From Candidatus Bathyarchaeota archaeon (GTDB lineage Archaea > Thermoproteota > Bathyarchaeia > TCS64), in assembly GCA_963771885.1 (NCBI GenBank), contig CAVYVF010000007.1, positions 96,001 through 160,000 on the forward strand: DNA of 64,000 nt, written 5' to 3'. Under the pieces are notes generated by a model that saw only the letters and a list, made by a program, of their open reading frames with translations, was not told where the DNA came from and ran no database searches. The translations under genes were made by a program, and so were the position numbers. Shown here one piece after another: positions 1 through 10,481 of the stretch; the stretch's first letter is position 1, and every line of letters begins with the position of its first letter.

Positions 1-1154
1 CCTATTCGGACCCTACATGATAGGTGGATCGAATCGGAGATACCCCCTTCCTAGAGATAACTGACTGATTCCTCATCTTCTCAGAGATCGGTGCAGTCTG
101 CTCCTATTCCAGGCGGGGCTCCACATGAAGTTCTCCGACCTGCTAAAAGCGGGACGGCCAAGCCTAACAGTCGCGATCTTGGGAGTAATTTGCCATTCCC
201 ATCGGCATTAGCGCATCGAGTTGCTTGGATACGATCTGATCGTCGGAATGATCATAGGAGGATCACTTTCGGCGACAAGCATAGCGATCAGCCTAAAGTG
301 TCTCGGAGAATTCGAGCAGCTCGGGAACCCCAGAAGCTAAGCTAATAATCGGCGCAGCGGTCATCGACGATGTCCTCGCACTCAGCATAGCCTCAGTTAT
401 ACTTAGCGTATTTCCGATCCCCTTAGCTCAGGTTCACCTCAGTCCTTCGCTCGGTAGGCTTCACACTCATACTGTGGTTCGTCCTCTCAGCGGTCACAAG
501 CGAGTGGTGCCGTGGTTTACGGAGTGGTTCAACCGACTGGAGAGGCTAGACCCAGTGAGGCAGAACATCGTGCCACTCGCGTCTATCATGCTCTGCTTCG
601 GCTTCGCAGGAGCCTCAGGTCTACTCGGGCTCAGCCCACTCGTCGGAGCCTTCATGGCTGGCATGGCAGTAGCAGGAAGCAGGTTCCATAGGGATGTCTC
701 AGAGTTCACAGAGAATCTTTCAGTCCTATTCGTTCCCCTTTTCTTCATAGTGGCTGGTGCTAACGTTAACCCCTATGCGATGTTGAGTGGCGACTTTCTA
801 CTGATTGGGATTCTCAGCCTCGGAGCGGTAGTAACTAAGCTGGTTGGCTGTGGTATCCCGGCGCAATACTTCCTTAAGAATAAAGAGAAGGGGTTGCGTG
901 TCGGCTATGGGATGATCAGTCGGGGTGAGATAGGGTTAGTTATTGCTAGTATAGGGAAGAACTATGGAATAATCACTGATGAGGTGTACGTTGCGTTAAT
1001 CGTTGTGATCTTCATCACGACAATTTTACCCCCGATTTTGCTTGGGAATAGCTTCCTCAATGATCCGAGCTGTATGTTGCCTGACTACATTAAAGAACGT
1101 GCAAACCATCACAAACTAAGACAAAAAAATGAGGATGATTCTCGTATCCCGTGA
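1..1154 (+). CDS. Cation:proton antiporter (CPA2/KefB-like), 5'-partial, several indels in first ~500 nt
   Basis: ORF 474-1154 has GLSPLVGAFMAG, FVPLFF and GMISRGEIGLVIA; upstream fragments in other frames encode IIGAAVIDDVLAL (~346-385) and LFQAGLHMKF. Confidence 0.8.
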
Positions 1155-1319
1155 AAAATCATCTTAAAAATTTAAAAATTATGCGGTTTGGTGCGGTGGG
1201 TGTGTAGAGAGGGAGCGTGGAGAGAAGACGTAGGGAAATGCGGGAGTCAGTCGGAGAACAAAGAGAGGGGTTTTGGGTAAAACAATTTACCCTCAACGAC
1301 CATATCTCTATGATAAAGT

Positions 1320-2354
1320 ATGTTGGGAGAGGAAAGCGTCGAGAAGAGCATCGAGTGGCTTCTTGAGAACGGCTCGGCGCCGGTCCGGTACATGACGCTC
1401 CTCAGGATCGTGGGTGAAGATCCTGCGTCGCCGGAGATGCACGAGCTCTGGAGGGAGGCGCAGCGCCACCCCGACAACATCGAGGCGTTCACGAAGCAGA
1501 AACCCGACGGCTCCTGGTGCACGGGAGGTTCCTGGGCACCAAAGCCAAGCTACGTGCCCCTAGGAGGCTGTACACCAGTCAGTCCCAAGTACGTCACTAC
1601 ATCGTGGCTCCTCAACATACTTGGCGACGCGGGCTACACAGCCGCCGACCCGCGTATCTCAAAGGCTGTGGAGTATGTCCTCAAGTTCCAGCGCCCAAAC
1701 GGGGTGCTCGTCGAGCACCAAAAGCCATTATCCGATGAGGATCACGATGAGAATCCCCGGAACGTCCCCTGCAGGATGAGCATACAGCTCACGGGGCTCG
1801 CCAAGGTCGGCGCAGCAGACGACCCACGCGTGCGCAAGGGATTTGACGTCCTCCTACACTGGCAACGCGAGGACGGCGGCTGGGTACAGGAAGGACACAG
1901 GGACGGGACGGTAGCCCCCTACAAACTCTGGACGCGCAGTTGCCCCTGGGTCACCTTCTTCACCTGCAACGCCCTCCATGCGAGCCGCTTACCTGTGTAC
2001 CGCGAACCCCTCCGCAGAGGCCTCAACTTCATACTTTGGCATCTGAACCAGAAACGAAGAACGGACATTCGACGCTTCTTTTGGCATGGGCACGAACCCA
2101 TCCGCGAGCTAGTCATGCTCGCAGAGAACGGCTTCGGTAGAGACGAGCCCGCAATTGAGAACTTGCTAGAATGGCTCGAAAAGATGTACGACCCCGAGAC
2201 CGGCTCATACAGGTACAACGGGAAACCAATCTCAAAGATGTCATTACGTGAGGACGGTGGAGACCCACGTGTCATGAAGTATCGCCTCTACCACCTCATC
2301 GAGGAAGACTGGCTCACCTACTGGATGACCAGGATCGAGAAGTGCTTCCTTTAG
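1320..2354 (+). CDS. Prenyltransferase/squalene-cyclase repeat (alpha/alpha barrel) protein, function unknown
   Basis: QW-type repeats QKPDGSW, FQRPNG, WQREDGGW; helical pattern. Confidence 0.65.
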   Translation: MLGEESVEKSIEWLLENGSAPVRYMTLLRIVGEDPASPEMHELWREAQRHPDNIEAFTKQKPDGSWCTGGSWAPKPSYVPLGGCTPVSPKYVTTSWLLNILGDAGYTAADPRISKAVEYVLKFQRPNGVLVEHQKPLSDEDHDENPRNVPCRMSIQLTGLAKVGAADDPRVRKGFDVLLHWQREDGGWVQEGHRDGTVAPYKLWTRSCPWVTFFTCNALHASRLPVYREPLRRGLNFILWHLNQKRRTDIRRFFWHGHEPIRELVMLAENGFGRDEPAIENLLEWLEKMYDPETGSYRYNGKPISKMSLREDGGDPRVMKYRLYHLIEEDWLTYWMTRIEKCFL

Positions 2355-2497
2355 AAGTGACGCCTACTTAATCCAGTGATCCTCGAACACCTCATACTGA
2401 GTTATGGGTCATGGGATACTACGGGCAGTATGTCGTTCTATCCCTAATTTAACTCACAAGTTATTTCACCTCAAACAGCCAATCTAAGCCGATCACA

Positions 2498-3556
2498 TTG
2501 AGTCTGTCAGGTTTGGACGGCGACCTCTCGGGGCTACCCATATTGAGGAACGCCAAGAGGAGGCGCTCCAGCAGCTACGACCGTACCGGCGGCAACAAGG
2601 ACTTTATTACAGTCCGCGCGGGGGAGACCGCGACCCTCGCCGAGATGGAGGGAGCAGGAGTTGTCAAACACATCTGGGTAACGATACGTACACGCGACGA
2701 GTTCTTCCTACGTAAGCTTGTGCTCCGGGCATACTGGGATGGCGAGAAAAGCCCGAGCATCGAGGTCCCCATCGGCGACTTCTTCGGCATAGGCCACGCC
2801 ATCAGTAAGAACTACGTCTCCGCTCCCCTACAGATGAGTCCCGAGGACGGGAAAGGCTTCAACTGCTGGTTCCCCATGCCCTACGCGAAGGGCGCCAAGA
2901 TCACGGTTGAGAACCAGGGCTCATGGGACTGCGAGTCCTTCTACTACTACGTCGACTACGAGGAACACAAGGCGTTGCAGGATGGGCTCGGGAGGTTCCA
3001 CGCCACATGGAACCGCGAGAACCCCACAGAGGGCGACAACTCAGACGAGTGGGACAACCCAACATGGCTCTTCCGCGGCGAGAACAAGGAGGGCAAGGAG
3101 AACTACGTCATCCTCGAAGCCGAGGGAAAAGGCCACTACGTCGGCTGCAACATGAACGTCCACAACCTACGCCCCACGGCGCGCTTCAACTGGTACGGCG
3201 AGGGAGACGACATGATCTACATAGACGGAGAGAAGACCCCGAGCCTCATCGGAACGGGAACCGAGGACTTCTACGGGATGAGCTGGTGCCCGACGCAGGA
3301 GTACTGCGCCCCATACCACGGGCTACCCCTCCCCGGCTCCGACAAGAACTGGAACGGCAAAATCACGTGGTACCGATACCACATCCTCGACCCTATCTAC
3401 TTCGAGAAATCCATCAAGGTCACCATCGAGCACGGACACGCCAACAAGCGCAGTGACGACTACAGCAGCACCGCCTACTGGTACCAGACCGAGCCACACA
3501 AGAAGTTTAAGCCCCTCCCACCCGTACAGGAGCGTCTACCGAGGGAGAAGCCATGA
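2498..3556 (+). CDS. Glycoside hydrolase family 172 (DUF2961), cytoplasmic
   Basis: SSYDRTGGNKD, GVVKHIWVT, YWDGEKSPS, WYGEGDDMIYIDGE, GTGTEDF, YRYHILDPIYF, IEHGHAN, SSTAYWYQ; no signal peptide. Confidence 0.9.
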   Translation: MSLSGLDGDLSGLPILRNAKRRRSSSYDRTGGNKDFITVRAGETATLAEMEGAGVVKHIWVTIRTRDEFFLRKLVLRAYWDGEKSPSIEVPIGDFFGIGHAISKNYVSAPLQMSPEDGKGFNCWFPMPYAKGAKITVENQGSWDCESFYYYVDYEEHKALQDGLGRFHATWNRENPTEGDNSDEWDNPTWLFRGENKEGKENYVILEAEGKGHYVGCNMNVHNLRPTARFNWYGEGDDMIYIDGEKTPSLIGTGTEDFYGMSWCPTQEYCAPYHGLPLPGSDKNWNGKITWYRYHILDPIYFEKSIKVTIEHGHANKRSDDYSSTAYWYQTEPHKKFKPLPPVQERLPREKP

Positions 3557-5097
3557 AAGTAGGAGTCTTCAGTCCGAACGACGCCCGCCCATGGGTCAGA
3601 GCGGACAACATCGACATGATGATCAACCAGGAGAAGCTACTCGTCGACGCCCTGAAGAAGGCGAAGGTCGAGGTTACCCGCGGCGGCGAAAAACATTCAA
3701 AGATGGACCAGATAGCCTGGAACACCAAGCTCGTCCAGGAGCACATAAAGCACATCGCCGCAGCGAAGCCCGAGACCCTCATCATAAACCAAGGTAGTTG
3801 GACGTTCCCCTGGGACAGCGTAGACGCCGTTAAACGATACGCCGCCGAGACAGGCGACATACCCCGCGTCGTCATGTTCAGCCACAAGGACCCGACCGTC
3901 CCCGGCCTAGTTGCTGGGATGGCGGCGGGCGGGGGACTCACACGCATTGGCGTACCATTCAACCACATCTTCGGCGACATCAAATCCGATAAGACCGTTA
4001 TCAAGCGCCTATTAGCAATACTCGGGTTCAACGAGCGCAGAGCAGCCGAGGCGGAGACTGCGAAGAGGGTCATAGTAGACCTCAAGGCTCAGAAGTACCT
4101 AGCCCTCGGAGGCATGAGCCTCAAGATGCCGACGACGACAGCGGACGTTGACCAGTGGCAAAAGCTCTTCGGAATCAGCTACGAGGCCCTCGACCAGAGC
4201 GAGCTGCTGCGCAAGGCTCTCACCATGGTGGAGTGGAGCGGAAAGCCCGGCGAGGGCAAGTACAAGATACTCGACCCCCGCCTCAAGAAGGCCGCCGACC
4301 ACATCCAGAAACACGGCAAGATCAGCTACGAGCGCCCCAAGCTCAAAGAGTTCGCAAAGATGCTCCTACAGCTCAGCCTCTACTACGCGGGCGAGGACAT
4401 CGTCGACGAATACAGCGTCACGTTCGCGGGCATAAAATGCCAGGACGAGCTGAGCGCGCAGCATTGCACGGCTTGTCTCATGGCCGCCTACCTGAGCAAC
4501 GACGTCGGACCAGACGGCAAGCCTAAGAAGGTGATTCCCATCGCCTGCGAGAACGATATGGACTCCGCCCTCACACAATTAATAATGCACCTAGCATCGG
4601 GCAAGCCGGCTGGCTTCGGAGACTTCCGCGACGTCGAGAACGGCCTCCTCTACATAGTCAACTGCGGGCAACACCCACCCTACTTCTTCGGCGGACCCGA
4701 GATGGACTCGGCGAAGAAACTCGACGAGGTCGAGTACATGGGCCAGGAGATTTTCTATGACGCGGGAGGCAGCAGCGTAAGAGGCAGGACCCCCGGCGGC
4801 CACGTTATGACTGTAGCGCGCCTCGGGAGGGAGAACCTACGCTACCGCCTCGTCGCCAGTGTCATCGAGACACAGCCTGTAGAGCCCGAAGAACATGAGA
4901 AGTACAACCCGAGCTGGCCCATCATCAAGGGTAAGATACCCATGACCGATGAGGAGATCATCAGTGTCTGGCCCTGCAACCACCTAGGCTTCGCCTACGG
5001 CGATCTAACCCCCGCCCTCGCTGAGATCGCTCACCGCCTCGACATCGGCTACACCATCTACGACGCCGACGGCAACAAGTACCACAAACCGACGTGA
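3553..5097 (+). CDS. fucI: L-fucose/D-arabinose isomerase family protein
   Basis: YLALGGMS, ACENDMDS, GFGDFRD and WPCNHLGF parallel the FucI metal/catalytic Glu, Asp and His motifs; ATGA overlap with the upstream gene. Confidence 0.75.
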   Translation: MKVGVFSPNDARPWVRADNIDMMINQEKLLVDALKKAKVEVTRGGEKHSKMDQIAWNTKLVQEHIKHIAAAKPETLIINQGSWTFPWDSVDAVKRYAAETGDIPRVVMFSHKDPTVPGLVAGMAAGGGLTRIGVPFNHIFGDIKSDKTVIKRLLAILGFNERRAAEAETAKRVIVDLKAQKYLALGGMSLKMPTTTADVDQWQKLFGISYEALDQSELLRKALTMVEWSGKPGEGKYKILDPRLKKAADHIQKHGKISYERPKLKEFAKMLLQLSLYYAGEDIVDEYSVTFAGIKCQDELSAQHCTACLMAAYLSNDVGPDGKPKKVIPIACENDMDSALTQLIMHLASGKPAGFGDFRDVENGLLYIVNCGQHPPYFFGGPEMDSAKKLDEVEYMGQEIFYDAGGSSVRGRTPGGHVMTVARLGRENLRYRLVASVIETQPVEPEEHEKYNPSWPIIKGKIPMTDEEIISVWPCNHLGFAYGDLTPALAEIAHRLDIGYTIYDADGNKYHKPT

Positions 5098-6634
5098 CCG
5101 AGTTGACCTACCTAGTCGGAACGGACATAGGAACCCTCGGGACGAAGACAGTCGTCGTCGACGCCGAGGGACATATCAAGGGAAGCTCATTCCTCGAATA
5201 CGGCGTGTTGACGCCGAAGCAAGGATGGGCAGAGCAGTGGCCCGACGTCTGGGAGAAGGCGGCGCAGGCATCCATCAAGTCAGCGATCGAGAAGGCGAAG
5301 ATAGACCCGAAGGAGATCTCAGGCGCTGCTATAAGTAGCCTCTACGGCGGCAGCGGAATCCCCCTCGACGGGGATATGAAGCCGATCCGCCCCTGCCTAA
5401 TCTGGGCGGACAGGCGCGCCACGGAGGAGTGCAGGTGGCTCAGAGACAACATCGGCGCAGAGGCGCTCTTCAAGGTGACCGGCAACGTCATCGACCCCTA
5501 CTACGGCTACACGAAGATGCTCTGGATCAGGGGAAGGAGCCGGAGAACTGGGCGCGGATACACCGACTCGAGACGCCTAACGCCTACGTCATCAGGGGAC
5601 TCACCGGCATGGAGAGCGTCGACTACAGCAGCGCCGGCAACTACGGCGGATTATTCGACATCCACAAGCGCGACTGGTCTGAGAAAACCATGGACGAGCT
5701 CGGCGTCCCCCGGAGCTTCTTCCCCGAGAAAATCCTCAGCTCAGAGGACATCGTGGGTGAGGTGACCGCGAATGGCTCGAAGGCAACCGGCCTCCCCAAG
5801 GGCACACCCATATGCGCCGGGGGGATAGACGCGAGCGTCAGCGCCCTCGCGGGGGGAGCGATAGCAGACGGTGACCTCGCCTCGATGCTCGGTACCAGCA
5901 TGTGCAACGGCTTCATCAGTCACACCCCCCGCCTCTCCCCGAGAATGATAAACTTCCCCTACGTCGTTAAGGGACGCCAGTACACCTACAGCTTCACCGG
6001 GATCGCGACGGCTGGCTTCAGCGTCCGCTGGTTCAGAGACGAACTCGGACAGAAAGAGAAAGAGGCACAAAAGGAGACGGGCGTCGACGCCTACAAGCAG
6101 CTGGACGAGTTAGCCGCCAATGTGCCGATAGGCAGCGACAACCTAGTCTTCCTCCCTCACCTCATGGTTGGTGAACGCGCCCCCTACTGGGACGAGCACC
6201 TACGCGGCGGATTCCTAGGGCTCGGCGTCTACCACACAAGGGCGCACATGTTCCGCAGCATCCTCGAGGGGGTCGCCTACGCTATGAGATATAGCCTCGA
6301 AGCGGCGTGGGAGGTAGGCATTAAGGTGAACAGGGCGACGCTCGTCGACGGCGGGGCGCGCAGTCCGCTCTGGAGACAGATAGTCGCCGACGTGACCGGA
6401 GTGCCGATGAGCTACATCCCCGGAGCACAAGGCGCACCGCTCGGAGATGCGATACTTGCTGGACTCGGAACCGGAACTATAAGGGATCATAAAGTCATTG
6501 AGAAGTGGATACCCGAAAAGGTACCGATGAAGCCGGTCCCTGAGAACGTCAAAGCTTACCAACGCTTCTATAACCTCTACAAGATGAGCCTCGTGGCGAT
6601 CCGCCCACTCTTCCGGGAGATGGCGGAGGGATAG
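5094..6634 (+). CDS. FGGY-family carbohydrate kinase, one frameshift near 5532
   Basis: N-half (GTDIGTLGTK, IWADRR) in 5094-5765 and C-half (DYSSAG, GERAPYWD, ILEGVAY, DGGARSPLWRQIVADV) in 5429-6634 join with a 1-nt correction at tggatcaggggaaggag. Confidence 0.88.
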
Positions 6635-6692
6635 TCCGGAAGGAACCGGCTATCAATTCGACTAGATAGAGAATACGAAGCGGGCTGATGAG

Positions 6693-6764
6693 TTGGCCTT
6701 CTTGCCTCTTAGTTTGATTCGGCGAGCAGCCGATAATTTTGATAAGAGGCCTAACAGAGGCCAA
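6693..6764. terminator. Long imperfect inverted repeat between convergent genes (terminator-like or structured RNA)
   Basis: Nested stems TTGGCCT/AGGCCAA, GCCTCTTA/TAAGAGGC, TCGGC/GCCGA. Confidence 0.4.
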
Positions 6765-6804
6765 GGCGAAAATTGTATAATAAATAGAGAAATCGGGTAG
6801 AATT

Positions 6805-7503
6805 CTAGAGGATGATACGCGCATCGACTGCGCGTGCACCCTTCTCGTAGACGAGGAGTGGGTTCATGTCGAGCTCCTTTATCTCGGGGCACTCCATGAG
6901 CATCTGGCTGACGGCGAGGAGCGTGTTCACGATGGTTTCCTTGTCCGCCTTGGCGGTCCCGCGGGGGCCGTCGAGCATCTTCTTTGCCTTGATCTCATCG
7001 ATCATCTCCCACGCGTCCTCCTTGGTTATGGGGGCGAGGCGGAAGCTGACGTCCTTGAGTATCTCGACGAAGATGCCTCCGAGTCCGAACATGATCGTTG
7101 GGCCGAAGGTCGGGTCGACGGTGGAGCCGATGATGATCTCGGTTCCCTTCGGCGCCATCTCTTGGACGAGTATGCCGTCGATGACCGCCGTTGGTACGTT
7201 CTTCTGGATGTTGGCGATGATCTTCTGATAGCCCTCCCTGATGCCCTTCTCGTCGTTAACTCCCACGACGACGCCGCCTGCGTCGCTCTTGTGGAGGACC
7301 TGGGCGGAGACTATCTTGAGGACTATTGGGAAGCCGATCTTGTTCGCAGCGGCGACTGCTGCGTCCTCGGTCTTCGTCACCTCAATCTTCGTGATTGGTA
7401 CGCCGTAGAGACTGCAGAGCATCTTCGCTTCATGCTCGTACAGGAACTTCCTGTTCTCAGCCTTGGCGACGTTAAAGATCTGGTCGACTTTTGGGTCCCT
7501 CAT
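6805..7503 (-). CDS. acdB: Acetate/acyl-CoA ligase (ADP-forming) beta subunit, ATP-grasp
   Basis: IGFPIVLKIVS, HKSDAGGV, DPTFGPTIMFGLGGIFVE, ELDMNPL, AVDARI. Confidence 0.9.
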   Translation of the reverse strand: MRDPKVDQIFNVAKAENRKFLYEHEAKMLCSLYGVPITKIEVTKTEDAAVAAANKIGFPIVLKIVSAQVLHKSDAGGVVVGVNDEKGIREGYQKIIANIQKNVPTAVIDGILVQEMAPKGTEIIIGSTVDPTFGPTIMFGLGGIFVEILKDVSFRLAPITKEDAWEMIDEIKAKKMLDGPRGTAKADKETIVNTLLAVSQMLMECPEIKELDMNPLLVYEKGARAVDARIIL

Positions 7504-7565
7504 GTGGGCAACCTTCCTGAACTCTAGTTAGGGATACTGTTTCGGCTTTTAAAAATATGGGGTAA

Positions 7566-8888
7566 TCAGCGTACAATCTTTTCAGCGGCCTTAAGCCCCT
7601 GCTCAAAGAGGGCTATAATCTCGTCTATCTCCTCGTGCGTAGCGCAGAGAGGAGGGCCTATCTGTATGTGGTCTCCACGGGTTCCGTCGATGGTGCCTGC
7701 GCCTGGGTAGACAATGAGTCCCCTGTCCCAGCACTCCCTGAAGACCCGCTGGTTGAAGCCTAACTTGGGGTCGAGAGGCTCCTTGGTCGCCTTATCTTTT
7801 ACGAACTCGACGCCGGCGAAGAGACCAAGCCCGCGTACGTCACCGACGGTAGGATGGTCATATAACTCCTTGAGCCTCTTCATGAGGTACTTGCCCTGCT
7901 TTGCGGATTTCTCGACGAGATTGTGTTTCTGGACGTAGTCAAGGCAAGCTGAGCCTGCGGCGCAGCAGAGGGCGTGGTTCCCGTATGTGTGTCCGTGGGC
8001 GAACGGACCCTTGAATGCCTCGAAGACTTTGTTGCTGGCAATGACGGCTCCTAGTGGGAGGTAGCCGCTGCTGATTCCCTTGGCTGCGGTTATTATGTCA
8101 GGCTCGACTTCCCAGTGCTCGATGCCCCAGTTCTTTCCAGTGCGACCGCAGCCCGTCATGACCTCGTCTGCTATGAAGAGGACGCCATGCTGGGTGCATA
8201 TCTCGCGTATGAGCTGGAAGTAGCCCTTTGGGGCTGGGACGGTGCCGAGGGTTGCGCCGACGACTGGTTCGGCTATGAAGGCGCTGACGTATTCGGGCCC
8301 CGTAGCACGTATCATCGTGTCGAGGGCACGTGCGCATTCGAGGTCGCATCTGTCGGGGTTCTTGTTGTACGGGCACCTGTAGCAATAGGCTGGGGGTATG
8401 TGTGGGTAATCGATGAGCATTGGCGCGAAGCGGCGTCTCCTGCCAATGTGCCCGCTCATGCTGAGGGCTCCAAGAGTGTTGCCGTGGTAGCTCTGCCAGC
8501 GAGCGATGACCTTGTAACGGGTCTTGTCCCCCTTCTCGAGGTGGTACTGGCGCGCCATCTTAGCAGCCGCCTCTGTCGCCTCGCTTCCACCGTTGCAGAA
8601 GAAGTTGTGCTTGAGCGTCCCGGGACTGAAGGCGGCGAGCTTCTCGCTGAGTTCCTTGACAGCATCAGCGACGAAAAATCCACTGTAGGCGAAGCTGACG
8701 GCGTCCATCTGGCGCTTTATCGAGGCGTTGACCTCGTCAACCCCGTAGCCTATGTTGACGCATAGGGGTCCCCCACTCCCGTCGAGGTACTTCTTACCGT
8801 CTGAGTCCCATATGTAGACGCCCTTACCCTTGACGAGGGTCGGGGTTTCACCGGCTGCACGTGAGAAGAGGTTGTGGTCGCTCGGCAT
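7566..8888 (-). CDS. Class III PLP-dependent aminotransferase
   Basis: GGSEATE, SYHGNT, FIAEPV, FIADEVMTGCGRTG, AAKGISSGY, HGHTY, VRGLGL. Confidence 0.93.
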   Translation of the reverse strand: MPSDHNLFSRAAGETPTLVKGKGVYIWDSDGKKYLDGSGGPLCVNIGYGVDEVNASIKRQMDAVSFAYSGFFVADAVKELSEKLAAFSPGTLKHNFFCNGGSEATEAAAKMARQYHLEKGDKTRYKVIARWQSYHGNTLGALSMSGHIGRRRRFAPMLIDYPHIPPAYCYRCPYNKNPDRCDLECARALDTMIRATGPEYVSAFIAEPVVGATLGTVPAPKGYFQLIREICTQHGVLFIADEVMTGCGRTGKNWGIEHWEVEPDIITAAKGISSGYLPLGAVIASNKVFEAFKGPFAHGHTYGNHALCCAAGSACLDYVQKHNLVEKSAKQGKYLMKRLKELYDHPTVGDVRGLGLFAGVEFVKDKATKEPLDPKLGFNQRVFRECWDRGLIVYPGAGTIDGTRGDHIQIGPPLCATHEEIDEIIALFEQGLKAAEKIVR

Positions 8889-9042
8889 ATTGATCAGTAT
8901 TGACTGTGTGGATGTTGGTTTAACACTAACGCCGCGGACTCGTGATGTGCTCAGACGAAGAAAAAATTACAATGCATCTCTTCGTGGGATAAGTTGATAG
9001 GTGGGAGACTGTTTTCCTGAGAGTCATTGCGCTGGGTCGAGT

Positions 9043-10407
9043 ATGCAACCAACGGCTATGATCTCGATTGCTATCTTTGTCTTTACATTGATTCTCATGA
9101 TTAAGCAGCCTAAGGGGATTAACCTAGGTACAGCCGCGGGGATCGGTGCCGTGGCTTCGCTGCTCCTCGGGACAGTCACTCTGGAGGACGCGGTTCTTGC
9201 CTTCGACGATATATGGAACGCTGCCCTCGCCTTCGTCGGAATCGTGACTCTCTCTGTGACCCTTGACGTGATGGGCTTCTTTAAGTGGGCAGCGCTCAGA
9301 GTGGCGAGGCTGGCGAAGGGGAGCGGAGTCAGGCTCTATCTATACGTGGCGCTCCTGGCCGCGGCTGTCAGCATACTATTCGCGAACGACAGCGCCGTCC
9401 TCATTCTCACACCACTCGTGCTGGAGATCGTCCAGCAGCTCAAGTTGGAGATGAACGGCAAGCTGGCGTACCTCTTCGCCGCGGGGCTAATAGCCGACAC
9501 CGCCGCCATGCCCCTGATAACGAGCAACCCCGTGAACATCGTGAGCGCCGACTTCTTCGGCTACACATTCATCGAGCACATGATATTCATGACCCCCGTG
9601 GCCGTGGTCACCATCGCCCTCAGCATGCTCGTAGTCTATCTCTACTTCCGCAGGGCTATACCCCGGAGCTTCGACCCTAACCTCATCGACACCCTCATAG
9701 TGAACGGGTCGGTCATACAGCCGCGTCAACTGAAGGTGAGCTTCGTGACGCTCATCGTCATAGACGTCCTCTACGTCGTGGCGAGCCTGAACGGCGTACC
9801 CGTGGGATTCGTCATCTTCGGCGGCGCCGTGTTCCTTCTGGGCTACTACGTCTTCACGATGAGCCACGGGCACTTGTTTGCTGAAGAAAAGAAAGGCGTT
9901 ATTTTCATCCTAAGGAGGGTGAACTGGGACATACTCGTCTTCATGGTGGGCATCCTACTCGTCGTCCAGGGGCTGAGGCATGCCGGAGCTATCCAATTCT
10001 ATGCCGACGCCTTCGCCTGGTGCCTGACTCTGCCCTCCATCCTACCTGCGCTCGTCCCGAGCCTCGTGGTGACTGTGAGCGCGAGCGCCATGAACAACTG
10101 GCCCATGACGATGCTCGGGCTCCTAAGCGTCGAGCAGTCGGCGGCGAGCTACGCCCTCAACGCGTCTGGGCAGACGGTGCTCATCTTCGCCAATATAATC
10201 GGGAACAATCTTGGTCCCCACTTCTTCCCCATCGGCAGCCTAGCAATACTCATGTGGCTCAACACAATGAAGAGCAAGGGCCTCAACATTCGCCTCGTCG
10301 ACTACCTTCGCGTTGGCTCTGTCCTCAGCATCGTTGAAGTCTTCGCCGCGGCGGTCATACTGTGGTTCGAGGTCTACGTTCTGAATTGGACACTCGCCCT
10401 CGGTTGA
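9043..10407 (+). CDS. arsB: ArsB/NhaD-family membrane transporter (arsenite efflux-like)
   Basis: ~12 TM helices; FANDSAVLILTP, IADTAAMPLITSNPVN, MNNWP, NLGP..PIGSLAILMW; ATG at 9043. Confidence 0.8.
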   Translation: MQPTAMISIAIFVFTLILMIKQPKGINLGTAAGIGAVASLLLGTVTLEDAVLAFDDIWNAALAFVGIVTLSVTLDVMGFFKWAALRVARLAKGSGVRLYLYVALLAAAVSILFANDSAVLILTPLVLEIVQQLKLEMNGKLAYLFAAGLIADTAAMPLITSNPVNIVSADFFGYTFIEHMIFMTPVAVVTIALSMLVVYLYFRRAIPRSFDPNLIDTLIVNGSVIQPRQLKVSFVTLIVIDVLYVVASLNGVPVGFVIFGGAVFLLGYYVFTMSHGHLFAEEKKGVIFILRRVNWDILVFMVGILLVVQGLRHAGAIQFYADAFAWCLTLPSILPALVPSLVVTVSASAMNNWPMTMLGLLSVEQSAASYALNASGQTVLIFANIIGNNLGPHFFPIGSLAILMWLNTMKSKGLNIRLVDYLRVGSVLSIVEVFAAAVILWFEVYVLNWTLALG

Positions 10408-10481
10408 GCAACCGGTAAGCGGAAATAAACGTAAGCCCGAAGTGTACTCATGCGGGCACCCGTGGGAGAGGTTTTATCGCC

